A stretch of 32,000 nucleotides of DNA from Bacillus subtilis subsp. subtilis str. 168 (GCF_000009045.1 NC_000964.3:3540001-3572000), one strand, 5' to 3'; counted from the first letter of the stretch, positions 12,369-23,549 are shown. The notes: generated from the sequence alone by a model not told the origin. Made by a program: numbers and translations.

Positions 12369-13205
12369 TTACCCCTTTGTTCCGCCGGCTGTCAAACCGG
12401 ACACAAAGTTCTTTTGGAGAAAAAAGAATAGAACGCATATCGGCAGTGCGGCTAGTATGGCACCGGCTGCAAATAGAGCTACTTTTTGCTGCTGCGGATT
12501 AGAAATAAAGGATTGTAATCCTACAGCGATGGTCAGCCTTTCCGGTGAGCGAAGCAGAAATTTCGTCAGCAAATAGTCGCCAAACGGTGCCATAAACGCC
12601 CAAAGCGCTTGTACCGCGAGCATTGGCTTAACAAGCGGTAGAACAATTGAAGCGAAAATCCTCAGATGTCCCGCTCCGTCAATTCGCGCGGCTTCATCAA
12701 TTTCTCTCGGCACAGTATCAAAATAACCTTTCATCAGCCACGTGTTCATCGGAATTCCGCCGCCGATATAGATCGCTGTTAAAAACCAGTATTGATCGAG
12801 TGCGCCTATTAGCATCGCCAAGACATAAAAAGCAGTCAGCGCCGCCATTGTCGGCACCATTTGAATGATTAAAAAGAATATCAGGCTCTTTTTTCTGCCT
12901 GCAAACCGATAGCGGCTGTACGAGTACCCGGCAAGTGTCACAATCGTAACCTGCAAAACCATGACCGATAGCGCGATGACAAGTGTATTGCTGTACCAAT
13001 TGAGATAAAGCGTTTCGTCAAATAGCCGCTTAAAATGATCCAATGTCCAAGAACCCGAAAAATCGAGCTGAAAAGCCGCCGAATTCCCCACACGGAAGGC
13101 TGATGATGCCGTAATCAGCAACGGATATATAATGACAATACTTAAAAGCGTCAAAAATAAATACGTACAGATTTTATTAAGCATTCTGGCAGTGCTCGCG
13201 TTCAC
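12369..13205 (-). CDS. mdxG: Maltodextrin ABC transporter permease (MalG-like), 278 aa
   Basis: Binding-protein-dependent permease loop '[28 protein letters not shown]'. Confidence 0.93.
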   Translation of the reverse strand: MNASTARMLNKICTYLFLTLLSIVIIYPLLITASSAFRVGNSAAFQLDFSGSWTLDHFKRLFDETLYLNWYSNTLVIALSVMVLQVTIVTLAGYSYSRYRFAGRKKSLIFFLIIQMVPTMAALTAFYVLAMLIGALDQYWFLTAIYIGGGIPMNTWLMKGYFDTVPREIDEAARIDGAGHLRIFASIVLPLVKPMLAVQALWAFMAPFGDYLLTKFLLRSPERLTIAVGLQSFISNPQQQKVALFAAGAILAALPICVLFFFLQKNFVSGLTAGGTKG

Positions 13206-14513
13206 CTACATAACCTCCTCATTGCCAAAAGCATTCGATTTTTTGAAAGCAATCAGTGAAATTCCAATGACAATGAAAGAAATTAACAGTGTCACAGCCG
13301 CCGCAACGGAATATTGGGGTGATGTGCCTGTTGTCAGTTTATAAATCCACGAAATTAAGATATCGGTCGATCCGGCCCCGGCTCCCGCACTGCCTGGCCC
13401 TCCCTCATTAAATAAATAGATGATCGAGAAATTATTGAAATTAAACGTATACTGAGTAATCATCACGGGTGCTGTGGCAAATAAAATCATCGGGAATGTA
13501 ATATGCCGAAAACGCTGAATAAAAGTGGCCCCGTCAATCTTTGCCGCTTCATACAATTCACCTGGAATCGCCTGAAGCACTCCCGTTACCATGACATATA
13601 TATATGGAAAGCCGAGCCACGTTTGAATCATAATGAGGGCTGTCTTTGTCCAGAAAGGATCGGTCTTCCACGCGATCGCAGGCAGCTCGACAAACGGCAG
13701 GTGATTGAATAATGGTATCACCTGTGCATTCACCGCTCCTATGCTGTCGTTAAACATGTTGGAAAAACTCATGATTGTAATAAACGCCGGAACAGCCCAT
13801 GGAAATAAGAAAATCATTCGAAATATCCGCTTGCCTTTTATAAAATCCTGATTGACGAAAAGTGCCGTCACAATACCTAAAATGATTTGCAGCGTTGTTG
13901 CACAGATTGTCCAGATAACCGTCCAGCCCAGTACATTCACAAATGTTTCACGATAGGAGCCAAGGAAAAAAATATTTAAGAAATTTTTAAACCCGACCCA
14001 GTCAATCAGACGATTAGGCGGAATATGATAAAAATCATAGTTTGTTAATGCAACAAACAGAGTCACCAAAACCGGAAAAATAATCACAAACACCATCATG
14101 ATATATGCCGGCAGTGTAAATAGATACGGAAAACCTTTATCGCCCGCATGACAGATCATATCCTTGGCTGTTGTATTGACTTCCAAACCCGCCGCTTTCA
14201 TAGCGGCGGTCTTACGTGAATCATGAATATTAAAGATATAGAACATGAGGAAAATCATTGTCACGATCAATTGCAGCGTGCCTTCAATCAGCATAAACAG
14301 CGAGTGATCTTCACCGGGAACACTTCCCAATGTCATCAATCCGGTTAGCGCCTGTATACCGAAAACGCATAATTCAAAAGCAAACAAGCCTGTGATGGCA
14401 AGAAATAAGAGCCCCTTTGACAACTGCTGATTCGCAATCTGCCCAAGTCCTGGAATGATCGATAAAAGCCCTGCCTTTCGTTTTTGCTTTGTAAGTGTGT
14501 GATGTTTATTCAT
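13206..14513 (-). CDS. mdxF: Maltodextrin ABC transporter permease (MalF-like), 435 aa
   Basis: 'LYEAAKIDGATFIQRFRHITFPMI' permease motif; adjacent to mdxG and mdxE. Confidence 0.93.
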   Translation of the reverse strand: MNKHHTLTKQKRKAGLLSIIPGLGQIANQQLSKGLLFLAITGLFAFELCVFGIQALTGLMTLGSVPGEDHSLFMLIEGTLQLIVTMIFLMFYIFNIHDSRKTAAMKAAGLEVNTTAKDMICHAGDKGFPYLFTLPAYIMMVFVIIFPVLVTLFVALTNYDFYHIPPNRLIDWVGFKNFLNIFFLGSYRETFVNVLGWTVIWTICATTLQIILGIVTALFVNQDFIKGKRIFRMIFLFPWAVPAFITIMSFSNMFNDSIGAVNAQVIPLFNHLPFVELPAIAWKTDPFWTKTALIMIQTWLGFPYIYVMVTGVLQAIPGELYEAAKIDGATFIQRFRHITFPMILFATAPVMITQYTFNFNNFSIIYLFNEGGPGSAGAGAGSTDILISWIYKLTTGTSPQYSVAAAVTLLISFIVIGISLIAFKKSNAFGNEEVM

Positions 14514-14552
14514 TTTTCCGCCCTCTATTCTTCCGGACGCTATCCCGCCGTT

Positions 14553-15806
14553 TTATTTCACATACTTTTCTTTAATATTTTCCTTTATGACGTTTACAGC
14601 ATCATTCGCTGATGTTTGTGTCGATTTTTTTCCTGAAGCTGCATCAAAAATTAAACTTTCCGCTCCTGTCCATACTTCAGCCATTTCCGGAATATTTGGA
14701 GTCGGCGTTGCTGTTTCATATTGTTTAATCACAGCTGACGTCAGTTCATTCTTTTGCTCATCGGCTTTCTTCCTTGCAGCCGTGTTGGCCGGAACTTCGT
14801 TTGTATCCTCATAAAAAGCGTAAGCATTGGCATCATTTGCAGCATACTCAAGCCATTTTTCAGCCAGCTCGGGCTCTTTTGTATATTTCGAGGCAACCCA
14901 GCCCTTCCCGCCAGCAAAAGGGGCGTATTCTTCTCCATTTGGCAATGTCGGAATGGGAGCCGCTCCGTAGTTCAATTTAGCCTCTTTATAGTTGGCAGCT
15001 GACCAAGGACCGCCAATGATCGCAGCCGCTTTGCCTTCTAAAAACATCTGCTGAATAAAGTCGTCTGCGCTTGAATTGTCTTGCATTCCTTTCGGCCAAT
15101 ATGTCTCAAACCATTTCTCCGCATATTTCACCGCTTCTACAGCCCCTTTATTGTTCAGGCCGATGTCCCCGGAATCTGTGCCGTTTTTTCCAAACACATA
15201 TCCGCCGTATCCAGCCAATAAGCCGTACGACATATAAAAGTCAGTCCATTTTGCTAAAAATCCGGTTGATTTTCCTTTTTCCGAAGCAAACGCGAATCGA
15301 GGATCTTCCGTTAACTTTTCAAGGTCTTTAAATGTTTTTGGCGCTGTTTTTAAAAGATCTTTGTTGTAATACAAAATAAGTGTCTCAATGACTAGCGGCA
15401 TTCCGTACACTTTGCCGTCAACTGTCACCTGCTGCATTTCTTTATCACCAAAGCTTTTTGTGTTAGATGGCTTAATATCAAGTAAATGTCCTTGTTGTCC
15501 CAAACCGCCGATCCGGTCATATGCAGCAAGCATAACATCAGGCGCATTACCCGCCGGGCCATCAAGAGGAAGCGCTTCTAACTGTTCGAACATTTGCTTT
15601 TCAACAATTTTTACTGTGACATCATTTTCTTTTTCGAACTTTGTTTTTATGCTTTCAATGTATTCTTTATACGTTTCTTCGACAGACACAGTCAGCACCT
15701 TTTTGCCATCAGAGCTTGCTGGATTTTTTGAACTTGAGCAGGCGGCAAGGCCGATTGCCAGGAATGATGCCGCCAATATGGCGAACCCCTTTTTTAAAAG
15801 AACCAT
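14553..15806 (-). CDS. mdxE: Maltodextrin-binding lipoprotein, 417 aa
   Basis: Lipobox 'LAACSSS', extracellular solute-binding protein family 1 pattern; GGAGG upstream of ATG. Confidence 0.93.
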   Translation of the reverse strand: MVLLKKGFAILAASFLAIGLAACSSSKNPASSDGKKVLTVSVEETYKEYIESIKTKFEKENDVTVKIVEKQMFEQLEALPLDGPAGNAPDVMLAAYDRIGGLGQQGHLLDIKPSNTKSFGDKEMQQVTVDGKVYGMPLVIETLILYYNKDLLKTAPKTFKDLEKLTEDPRFAFASEKGKSTGFLAKWTDFYMSYGLLAGYGGYVFGKNGTDSGDIGLNNKGAVEAVKYAEKWFETYWPKGMQDNSSADDFIQQMFLEGKAAAIIGGPWSAANYKEAKLNYGAAPIPTLPNGEEYAPFAGGKGWVASKYTKEPELAEKWLEYAANDANAYAFYEDTNEVPANTAARKKADEQKNELTSAVIKQYETATPTPNIPEMAEVWTGAESLIFDAASGKKSTQTSANDAVNVIKENIKEKYVK

Positions 15807-15854
15807 CTCTTTTCCTCCTTCTATTTACGAAACTATAACAATTGTATTGTCCTA

Positions 15855-15870
15855 TAGAAAGCGGTTACAA
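15855..15870 (-). promoter_or_regulatory. cre-like (CcpA) site overlapping the mdxE -35
   Basis: Minus-strand TTGTAACCGCTTTCTA versus WTGNAANCGNWWNCAW, one core mismatch; TTGTAA-N18-TACAAT promoter-like pair. Confidence 0.55.
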
Positions 15871-15882
15871 CAACTTTCGATT

Positions 15883-15900
15883 TGTTACCGATAACAGAAT
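15883..15900. promoter_or_regulatory. LacI-family-type palindromic operator upstream of mdxE (MdxR or CcpA candidate)
   Basis: TGTTACCGATAACAGAAT, identical 18-mer at 17759-17776. Confidence 0.6.
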
Positions 15901-15901
15901 G

Positions 15902-17668
15902 TTATACAGGGGCGGCAGCACTCAAAATCAAAAATTCTCCCGGCTGAACGGCAATGACATCGTGATGCTGTAGCGGCTGCTCTGTCCATGCATCACAGAT
16001 TTTCTTATTCCTATCAATATTCAACTCTCGTAAACTGACGTGTTGAACCACATTCCCTTGATTAAAGAAATAAATCAGTATTTTTTCATCAAGAGTCCGC
16101 GAAAAGCTAATGAAATCATTTTTGTCGTCCAGCAGATTCCACTCAAGATGTCCTTCAGTCAATAAAGTGTTTTCCTGCTTGCGTAAAGCAATTAACCGTT
16201 TCATAAATTGCAGCATGTCTTGGTTTTGCTTCTCTTTTTCCCAAACCATACATTTCCGGCATAATGGATCATTTTCGCCGTTCAGCCCGATTTCCGTTCC
16301 GTAATAAATGCATGGTGAGCCTGTCTGGGCAAACATAAAGGCCAGCAACGCGCGTGCTTTCTTCTCATCATTGCGGCATCTGGTCAAAAGGCGCTTTGTA
16401 TCATGGCTATCCAGTAAATTAAACATCACCTCATTGGCCTGCTTCATTCCATTCATCAAATGTGCATTGACACGGTGAGCCATACGTGAAGCTGAGATCG
16501 TCTGGTCAGCAAAGTATTCAATCATAGGCTCTGTAAAAGGGTAATTCATCGCCGCATGAAATTCATCCCCTCTAAGCCAGGGTTCGGCAGAATGCCAGAT
16601 CTCACCTAAAATATAAACATCAGGCTTTTCAGTAGATACAGCCTGCCTAAATGTCTTCCAAAAAACGTGATCCACTTCATTTGCGACATCCAAACGCCAG
16701 CCGTCAATGTCAAATTCGCGAATCCAGTACAAAGCAATATCAAGCAAATATTTCTGCACCTCGGGATTAGCCGTGTTTAGCTTCGGCATATCAGCTGTAA
16801 AAGCAAATCTGTCATAATTGTCGTCTGTGACGGGAAAAGAGTGAATATGGAACCAGTCCTTATAGCGGGATTGATCTCCGTTTTTGACGACATCCTGCCA
16901 TTGCGGAGACGCGCTTCCTATATGGTTAAAAACCGCATCAAGCATAATTCTCATCCCCCGCTGATGCAGCTGGCTGACCAATGTACGAAAAAGCTCAGGA
17001 TCCCCGAAATGCGGATCAATAGAAAAGTAATCCAGCGTGTCGTATTTATGATTAGAAGGCGCGGAAAAGATCGGTGTCAGATAAATGCCGTTCACCCCTA
17101 AATCCTCTAAATAATCAAGCTTGTCAACAATTCCTTGTAAATCCCCTCCAAAAAAATCATTGACGTCCGGGTCCTTGCTCCCCCACGGCAATGCATTCTT
17201 CGGTGACAAGTCTTCTCTTCCATTTGCAAAACGCTCCGGAAAAATTTGATACCAAACCGTTGACTTGACCCATTCAGGCGCTTGAAATGTATCAGCCTCG
17301 TGAACAAACGGAAATTTAAAGTAATAATGAATCGTTTCCAGTGTTTTTTCGTTATAAGGGCATACACCCGAACTTCCGAAAAAGATGTCTTCATGATCGT
17401 CTGTTACAACAAACGCATATTGTAAACGCCTAAATGGCGGCACCACTTCAGCAAACCAATAGTCATGCATTTCTGTAGCAGCAATTTTCCTCATCGGCTG
17501 CTCGTTTGCCGACCATTTGCCGTCGTTGTACTCATAGGGATCACCCCAAATGAATCGAATGTGATCTGCATCACCTTTTTTCGTCCGAATCTTGATATGC
17601 ACAGTCCGCCCATCATAAGAATAAGCATCTGTGCTGAATGGCTGGTGATGAATCGCTGCATATTCCAT
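15902..17668 (-). CDS. yvdF: Cytoplasmic maltogenic amylase / neopullulanase-like GH13 enzyme, 588 aa
   Basis: N-terminal CBM34-like domain, 'YQIFPERFANG', 'DGWRLDVANEVDHVFW', 'FNLLDSHDTKRLLT'. Confidence 0.93.
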   Translation of the reverse strand: MEYAAIHHQPFSTDAYSYDGRTVHIKIRTKKGDADHIRFIWGDPYEYNDGKWSANEQPMRKIAATEMHDYWFAEVVPPFRRLQYAFVVTDDHEDIFFGSSGVCPYNEKTLETIHYYFKFPFVHEADTFQAPEWVKSTVWYQIFPERFANGREDLSPKNALPWGSKDPDVNDFFGGDLQGIVDKLDYLEDLGVNGIYLTPIFSAPSNHKYDTLDYFSIDPHFGDPELFRTLVSQLHQRGMRIMLDAVFNHIGSASPQWQDVVKNGDQSRYKDWFHIHSFPVTDDNYDRFAFTADMPKLNTANPEVQKYLLDIALYWIREFDIDGWRLDVANEVDHVFWKTFRQAVSTEKPDVYILGEIWHSAEPWLRGDEFHAAMNYPFTEPMIEYFADQTISASRMAHRVNAHLMNGMKQANEVMFNLLDSHDTKRLLTRCRNDEKKARALLAFMFAQTGSPCIYYGTEIGLNGENDPLCRKCMVWEKEKQNQDMLQFMKRLIALRKQENTLLTEGHLEWNLLDDKNDFISFSRTLDEKILIYFFNQGNVVQHVSLRELNIDRNKKICDAWTEQPLQHHDVIAVQPGEFLILSAAAPV

Positions 17669-17758
17669 CATGTTTCCCCCTTTGATTTCCGTTTTATTGA
17701 AGCCGGCTCATAGTTTGAAAGTATCATGATGAAATTGTGGGAACAATCCTTTTCACCC

Positions 17759-17776
17759 TGTTACCGATAACAGAAT
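17759..17776. promoter_or_regulatory. LacI-family-type palindromic operator upstream of yvdF
   Basis: TGTTACCGATAACAGAAT, exact copy of 15883-15900, 91 nt upstream of the yvdF start. Confidence 0.6.
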
Positions 17777-17783
17777 AAGGCGC

Positions 17784-18734
17784 TTACAGCGTTGATTCTC
17801 GTACAATTAACTCTGGTTCAAAAAATAGACTTCCTTGTGCAGCGCCGTCTTCATTCATTTTTTTCAGCAACATTTTCGCACAGGCTTCCCCCATTTCAAC
17901 AACAGGCTGTCTGACCGTAGTCAAGCGCGGCGAGGAGATGCGATCAAGAAACACACCGTCATTCCCGGTAACCGCAACGTCTTCTGGAATTCGCTTTCCA
18001 AGGGATTGCGCCGCACGAATGACGCCGAGCGCGATTCGATCAGATGCGCAGACAAATGCGGCCTGATTGTCCATGGATTTCAGCAGTTCTCTTGCAAGGC
18101 ATTCACTTTTCTTAGAACTGTTGTCGATCCGAAACATATTCGATTTTTTAAAGCTTTTATTCATCGCCCGTATATACCCCTGTTCTCTTGCACGTTCGAA
18201 AGGCTCATCTAAATCAATGCCAAAAAAGACAACTTCCCGCTCCCCCAGCCCCATAACATGGCGGGTTGCCATAAAAGTGCCTTTCTCGTTATTCACATCG
18301 ATAAAGTCATAGCCCATTTCATTTTGTCCAAATACGACGAGCGGCTTCTCAAAAGCTTTTATTACACCTTCAAAATCGTTCTTTCTCAAGCCGGTGGCAA
18401 TAATGCCGTCACATTGGCCAATATTAAGAGAATTTCTTGTCACAAGCTGGAGAGCATAGTGATTGCGATCCAGCTCCCTGCTGATTCCTGTCAGCAGGTT
18501 CATGTAATATGGTTCTGTCGTATCCATTTCCTCAAGTATCAATAGTTTCACAACCTGTGTTCTGTTTTGCACGAGCGCTCTCGCCGCATAATTAGGGATG
18601 TAATTCAGCTCTTTCATCGCAGAATGAACAAGCTTTTTCAATTCATCCGTCACCGTCTCAGGGTGATTGATCACTCGTGATACCGTCATTTTCGAAACAT
18701 TTGCTTTTTTCGCCACATCTGACAATGTTGCCAT
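17784..18734 (-). CDS. mdxR: LacI/GalR-family transcriptional regulator of maltodextrin genes, 316 aa
   Basis: 'MATLSDVAKKANVSKMTVSRVINHPETV' LacI HTH and periplasmic-binding-like domain; GGAGGGG upstream of ATG at 18734. Confidence 0.93.
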   Translation of the reverse strand: MATLSDVAKKANVSKMTVSRVINHPETVTDELKKLVHSAMKELNYIPNYAARALVQNRTQVVKLLILEEMDTTEPYYMNLLTGISRELDRNHYALQLVTRNSLNIGQCDGIIATGLRKNDFEGVIKAFEKPLVVFGQNEMGYDFIDVNNEKGTFMATRHVMGLGEREVVFFGIDLDEPFERAREQGYIRAMNKSFKKSNMFRIDNSSKKSECLARELLKSMDNQAAFVCASDRIALGVIRAAQSLGKRIPEDVAVTGNDGVFLDRISSPRLTTVRQPVVEMGEACAKMLLKKMNEDGAAQGSLFFEPELIVRESTL

Positions 18735-18824
18735 TTTCATCCCCTCCTTATCTGTGCTTATTATCCAAACTAGTGATAAAGTCCTCTATTACTGCTAAAT
18801 ATACGATGCAGGCCAAAGAGAAAT

Positions 18825-18853
18825 AAAAAAGAGATTTCCCTTAAGGAAACCTC
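18825..18853 (-). terminator. Intrinsic terminator downstream of yvdD (minus strand)
   Basis: Minus-strand GAGGTTTCC-TTAAG-GGAAATCTC-TTTTTT. Confidence 0.75.
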
Positions 18854-18939
18854 ACTTTGTTAAAAACACTCGATTTTTCATGGATTCATACGCTAGGTGG
18901 CAGACTCATTCTCTCCACTTCCATCAGAAAATCTCTTTT

Positions 18940-19515
18940 TTAAATTTCTGTCCACTTTTTTTCTAAAATCGGATAAGAATAATTTTGCATTTGCTCAATT
19001 AACTCATCCGGCCGTGACGAGCTGTGAATCAGTTTTAGGTGCGATTCGTTAGAAAACCCTTCTTGAATGCTGTATTTCACCATTTTCATCATTGGTTCAA
19101 AATATCCGTTTACATTGTACAGTCCAATTGGCTTTTGGTGGATGCCGATCTGTGCCCAGCACAGCACTTCAAATAATTCTTCATATGTACCGAAGCCGCC
19201 CGGCATCGAGATAAAGCCGTCCGCCAGCTCGCTCATTTTAGCCTTTCGTTCATGCATCCCGTTTACTTCAATCAGCTCAGTCAGATTCTGATGGACAACC
19301 TCCCCGCTGAACAAACCGCTCGGCATGACCCCGATTGCAGTTCCGCCGTTTTCCATAATCGCGTCAGCAATCGTGCCCATCAAGCCTACGCGGGAGCCCC
19401 CATAGACAAGGCCGATTCCCTGCTCAGCCATATACACGCCAAGCTCTGCCGCTTTTCTTTTATACGCTTCATTTCCCCCAGGGTTTGATCCCGCAAATAC
19501 ACAAATGGTTTTCAT
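18940..19515 (-). CDS. yvdD: LOG-family protein (cytokinin riboside 5'-monophosphate phosphoribohydrolase-like; old lysine decarboxylase annotation), 191 aa
   Basis: '[13 protein letters not shown]' and '[17 protein letters not shown]' (PGGXGTXXE) motif. Confidence 0.92.
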
Positions 19516-19631
19516 CTTGTCATCTCCGCATCTATATATCGTGTTAAACATTCAAAAACACACTATATATTGTCCCATCTTCATGTGATAATATCAATAT
19601 GAAATACATAAAGAATGCAGGAGTGATGAGG

Positions 19632-19952
19632 TTGCAGCTGGCTGATGCAGAAAAATGGATGAAAGAGTTTTACGAAAAAAGAGGCTGGACAGAATACGGA
19701 CCTTTTATTCGCGTCGGCTTTTTAATGGAGGAAGCCGGAGAACTGGCCCGGGCTGTCAGGGCGTATGAAATCGGCAGAGACCGGCCGGATGAGAAAGAAT
19801 CGTCACGCGCTGAGCAAAAACAAGAATTGATTGAAGAAATGGGAGATGTCATCGGAAATATCGCCATTCTTGCTGATATGTATGGTGTCTCTTTAGAAGA
19901 CGTCATGAAGGCCCACCAAGAAAAACTGACAAAACGATTTGAGCATGCATAA
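19632..19952 (+). CDS. yvdC: MazG-like nucleotide pyrophosphohydrolase, 106 aa
   Basis: 'EEAGELARAV...ELIEEMGDVIGNIAILAD' EExxE/ExxD metal-binding pattern; TTG start 8 nt after AGGAG. Confidence 0.85.
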   Translation: MQLADAEKWMKEFYEKRGWTEYGPFIRVGFLMEEAGELARAVRAYEIGRDRPDEKESSRAEQKQELIEEMGDVIGNIAILADMYGVSLEDVMKAHQEKLTKRFEHA

Positions 19953-19981
19953 AAAAGCGGCCGCGATGGCCGCTTTTTTTA
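19951..19981. terminator. Bidirectional terminator between yvdC and yvdB
   Basis: AAAAAAGCGGCC-GCGAT-GGCCGCTTTTTTT. Confidence 0.9.
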
Positions 19982-21571
19982 ACCTGTGATTTCATCATGG
20001 TGATCAAAGAAATGCTGCTTTCCTATTTTGTGAAAAAGGCCTGTTTTATGCAGTAGCTCCTTCGGCTGCGATTGCAATCCTACAATCATCAGCTTTCCAT
20101 TGTGGCGTTTAATTCGATTCATAATGTTCCCAAGCACCGCTTCAGCTGACGTATCCATATAGTGCACCTTATTCATGAGCAGAATAAGGGTTTTCGGTTT
20201 TTTCTGTACATGCTCCAGCAATGACGATTCAAGGGAATCAATTGATCCGAAAAACAGCGGCCCTTCTATGGCATACATGCTGACAGATGGATCTTCTCTC
20301 TTCGCCAGAACAGGATGCGTTTCCTGATTGTGGATGCGGGTCGCTTCGCTCATTCTTCTGATAAAGAACACGAATGCAAGCAGCAATCCGGTTGCCACAC
20401 CGATGATTAAGTCAAACAGAACCGTAAGGGCGAAGGTCGCCGCCAAAATAAAGGAATCAGCATTTTTCAGTCTCAGCATGTTTGCGACTTCCTTGCGCTC
20501 ACTCATATTCCATGCGACCACCATGAGAATCGGTGCCATACTGGCGAGCGGCACATGGGACGCATAAGGCGCAAATACAAGCAGGACAAGGAGAACGACT
20601 ACGCCGTGAACGACGCCGGAAACTGGGGAAACCGCTCCGTTTTTTATATTGGTCGCCGTTCTCGCAATCGCTCCTGTAGCCGGGATTCCGCCAAACAGGG
20701 GCGCTGCCATATTCGCAATCCCCTGGCCGACAAGCTCCTTGTTGCTGTCATGCTTTGAGCCCTTCATGTTATCAGCGACCATTGCGGACAAAATCGACTC
20801 AAGTCCTCCAAGAAGCGCGATGACAAGCGCAGCCGGAAACAGCATAACCATTTTATCCAAAGTAAGCTCAGGAAACTGAAATTCCGGCAAATGGCGGGGG
20901 ATTTCTCCATAAGTTGACCCGATCGTTGCCATGCGGTCAGGGAAAAAGACAACCGCGACCACTGTGGAAATAAGAAGCGCCAACAAAGCGCCCGGCACTT
21001 TAGGCATCACCTTGGCGGATACAAGCAAAATGACGAGCCCGATCACAGCTGTCAAAATGGCATACACGTTAAAGGTGCCGAGCTGCTGCACAATTTCAAA
21101 CATGTTGTGATGAAAGTTCTCATGTTTTTCAACATTTCTCAATCCGAGAAAATTAGCGATTTGTTCCGTAAAGATCAGCACGGCAATTCCGGCTGTAAAA
21201 CCGACGATAACGGGTTTGGGCACGAATTTCATTATTTTTCCGAGCTTAAACAGCCCAAACAGTACCAGCATCACTCCTGCCATAAACCCCGCAATCAGCA
21301 GATTTTCCAAGCCGTACTGCATGATAATGCCGAATAAAATCGGGACAAAGGCGCCCGTCGGACCGCCAATCTGATATTTTGATCCTCCAAACAAAGAAAT
21401 ACAAATCCCTGCTATAACAACAGTGTATAGCCCATATTCAGGCTCGACTCCCGAGGCAATGGCAAACGCCATTCCTAAAGGAATTGCCACGACACCTACT
21501 ACGATACCTGCAATCAAGTCTTTCTGAAATTTCTGCAAATTGTATCCCTTGAATCTCCCTGAGAATCGCAT
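19979..21571 (-). CDS. yvdB: SulP-family anion (sulfate/bicarbonate) transporter with C-terminal STAS domain, up to 530 aa
   Basis: 'DLIAGIVVGVVAIPLGMAFAIASGVEPEYGLYT' SulP motif and STAS-like tail. A TTG at 21535 is an alternative start giving 518 aa. Confidence 0.9.
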   Translation of the reverse strand: MRFSGRFKGYNLQKFQKDLIAGIVVGVVAIPLGMAFAIASGVEPEYGLYTVVIAGICISLFGGSKYQIGGPTGAFVPILFGIIMQYGLENLLIAGFMAGVMLVLFGLFKLGKIMKFVPKPVIVGFTAGIAVLIFTEQIANFLGLRNVEKHENFHHNMFEIVQQLGTFNVYAILTAVIGLVILLVSAKVMPKVPGALLALLISTVVAVVFFPDRMATIGSTYGEIPRHLPEFQFPELTLDKMVMLFPAALVIALLGGLESILSAMVADNMKGSKHDSNKELVGQGIANMAAPLFGGIPATGAIARTATNIKNGAVSPVSGVVHGVVVLLVLLVFAPYASHVPLASMAPILMVVAWNMSERKEVANMLRLKNADSFILAATFALTVLFDLIIGVATGLLLAFVFFIRRMSEATRIHNQETHPVLAKREDPSVSMYAIEGPLFFGSIDSLESSLLEHVQKKPKTLILLMNKVHYMDTSAEAVLGNIMNRIKRHNGKLMIVGLQSQPKELLHKTGLFHKIGKQHFFDHHDEITG

Positions 21572-21589
21572 ATTTTGTTATAACCTCCC

Positions 21590-22174
21590 TTATGAGTGAT
21601 TGTTTATAAGCTCAGTTTCATAACCGTTAATGACCACATCAAGTTTTCCTGTTTCAGGGTGAATGACAAGCCCGTGAACCGGCACTTTTTTCGGAAGCAG
21701 CGGATGGTTCTTAATCATGTTCACACTGTGGGAAACGCTTTCTTCCACGCTGTGAAAACCAGTCAGCCACGTTTTCAAATCGAGTCCGGCACTCGTCAGC
21801 AAATTCAGGCAGCTATCCTCCACCCCGCGTTCCTTTGCTTTCTCAAGAATCGAGGACGCATTCAGCCCTGACATTCCGCATTCATGATGGCCGACAATGC
21901 ATACCTCTTCAGCCTGCAATTCATAAATCGCGACCAGTATGCTTCGCATCACGCTTCCAAATGGGTGAGAAACGATGGCTCCCGCGTTTTTTACAATTTT
22001 AGCATCACCGTTTTTAAGCCCCATTGCTTGCGGAAGAAGTTCTGTAAGCCTTGTATCCATACAGGTGACAATGACGAGCTTTTTCGAAGGAAACTTTGTC
22101 GTTTTGTACGGTTCATACTTCTTCTCACTGACAAACCGCTGATTGTGTTCCAAAATTGATGTTAAAGAAACCAT
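21590..22174 (-). CDS. yvdA: Beta-class carbonic anhydrase, 194 aa
   Basis: Zn ligands in 'CMDTRL' (CxDxR) and 'HHECGMSG' (HxxC). Confidence 0.93.
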   Translation of the reverse strand: MVSLTSILEHNQRFVSEKKYEPYKTTKFPSKKLVIVTCMDTRLTELLPQAMGLKNGDAKIVKNAGAIVSHPFGSVMRSILVAIYELQAEEVCIVGHHECGMSGLNASSILEKAKERGVEDSCLNLLTSAGLDLKTWLTGFHSVEESVSHSVNMIKNHPLLPKKVPVHGLVIHPETGKLDVVINGYETELINNHS

Positions 22175-22490
22175 TTGATTCATCTCCCATCCATATGATT
22201 TTGCAAGCCTTCTTACCCAGCTTACAGTAAGGAATTATAGCATAGGAATAAGCCAAGAAAAGGTTTTCAAAAAAAGACACTATAATTGGACTGTAGAATC
22301 AAAACATAAACATTTATATCTTTCAAAGATAATAAAATTTATATTTAATGCATCCTATAATCCGGCTGCAGTTCGTATATCGATGATTTGTCTGACAAAA
22401 AATATGGGTGAATTCTGATAATTAAAAAACTTTTTTAAGCAGATTTAGCTGTTCGATCTTCATTTTAAGTTCAAAAGAACCAGAAATTAA

Positions 22491-23543
<1,053 letters not shown>

Positions 23544-23549
23544 ATCAAA

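Noticed and set aside
19599-19952. N-terminally extended YvdC starting MKYIKNAGVMRL
   Set aside because: The extension has no ribosome-binding site and contains the AGGAG of the downstream TTG start at 19632.
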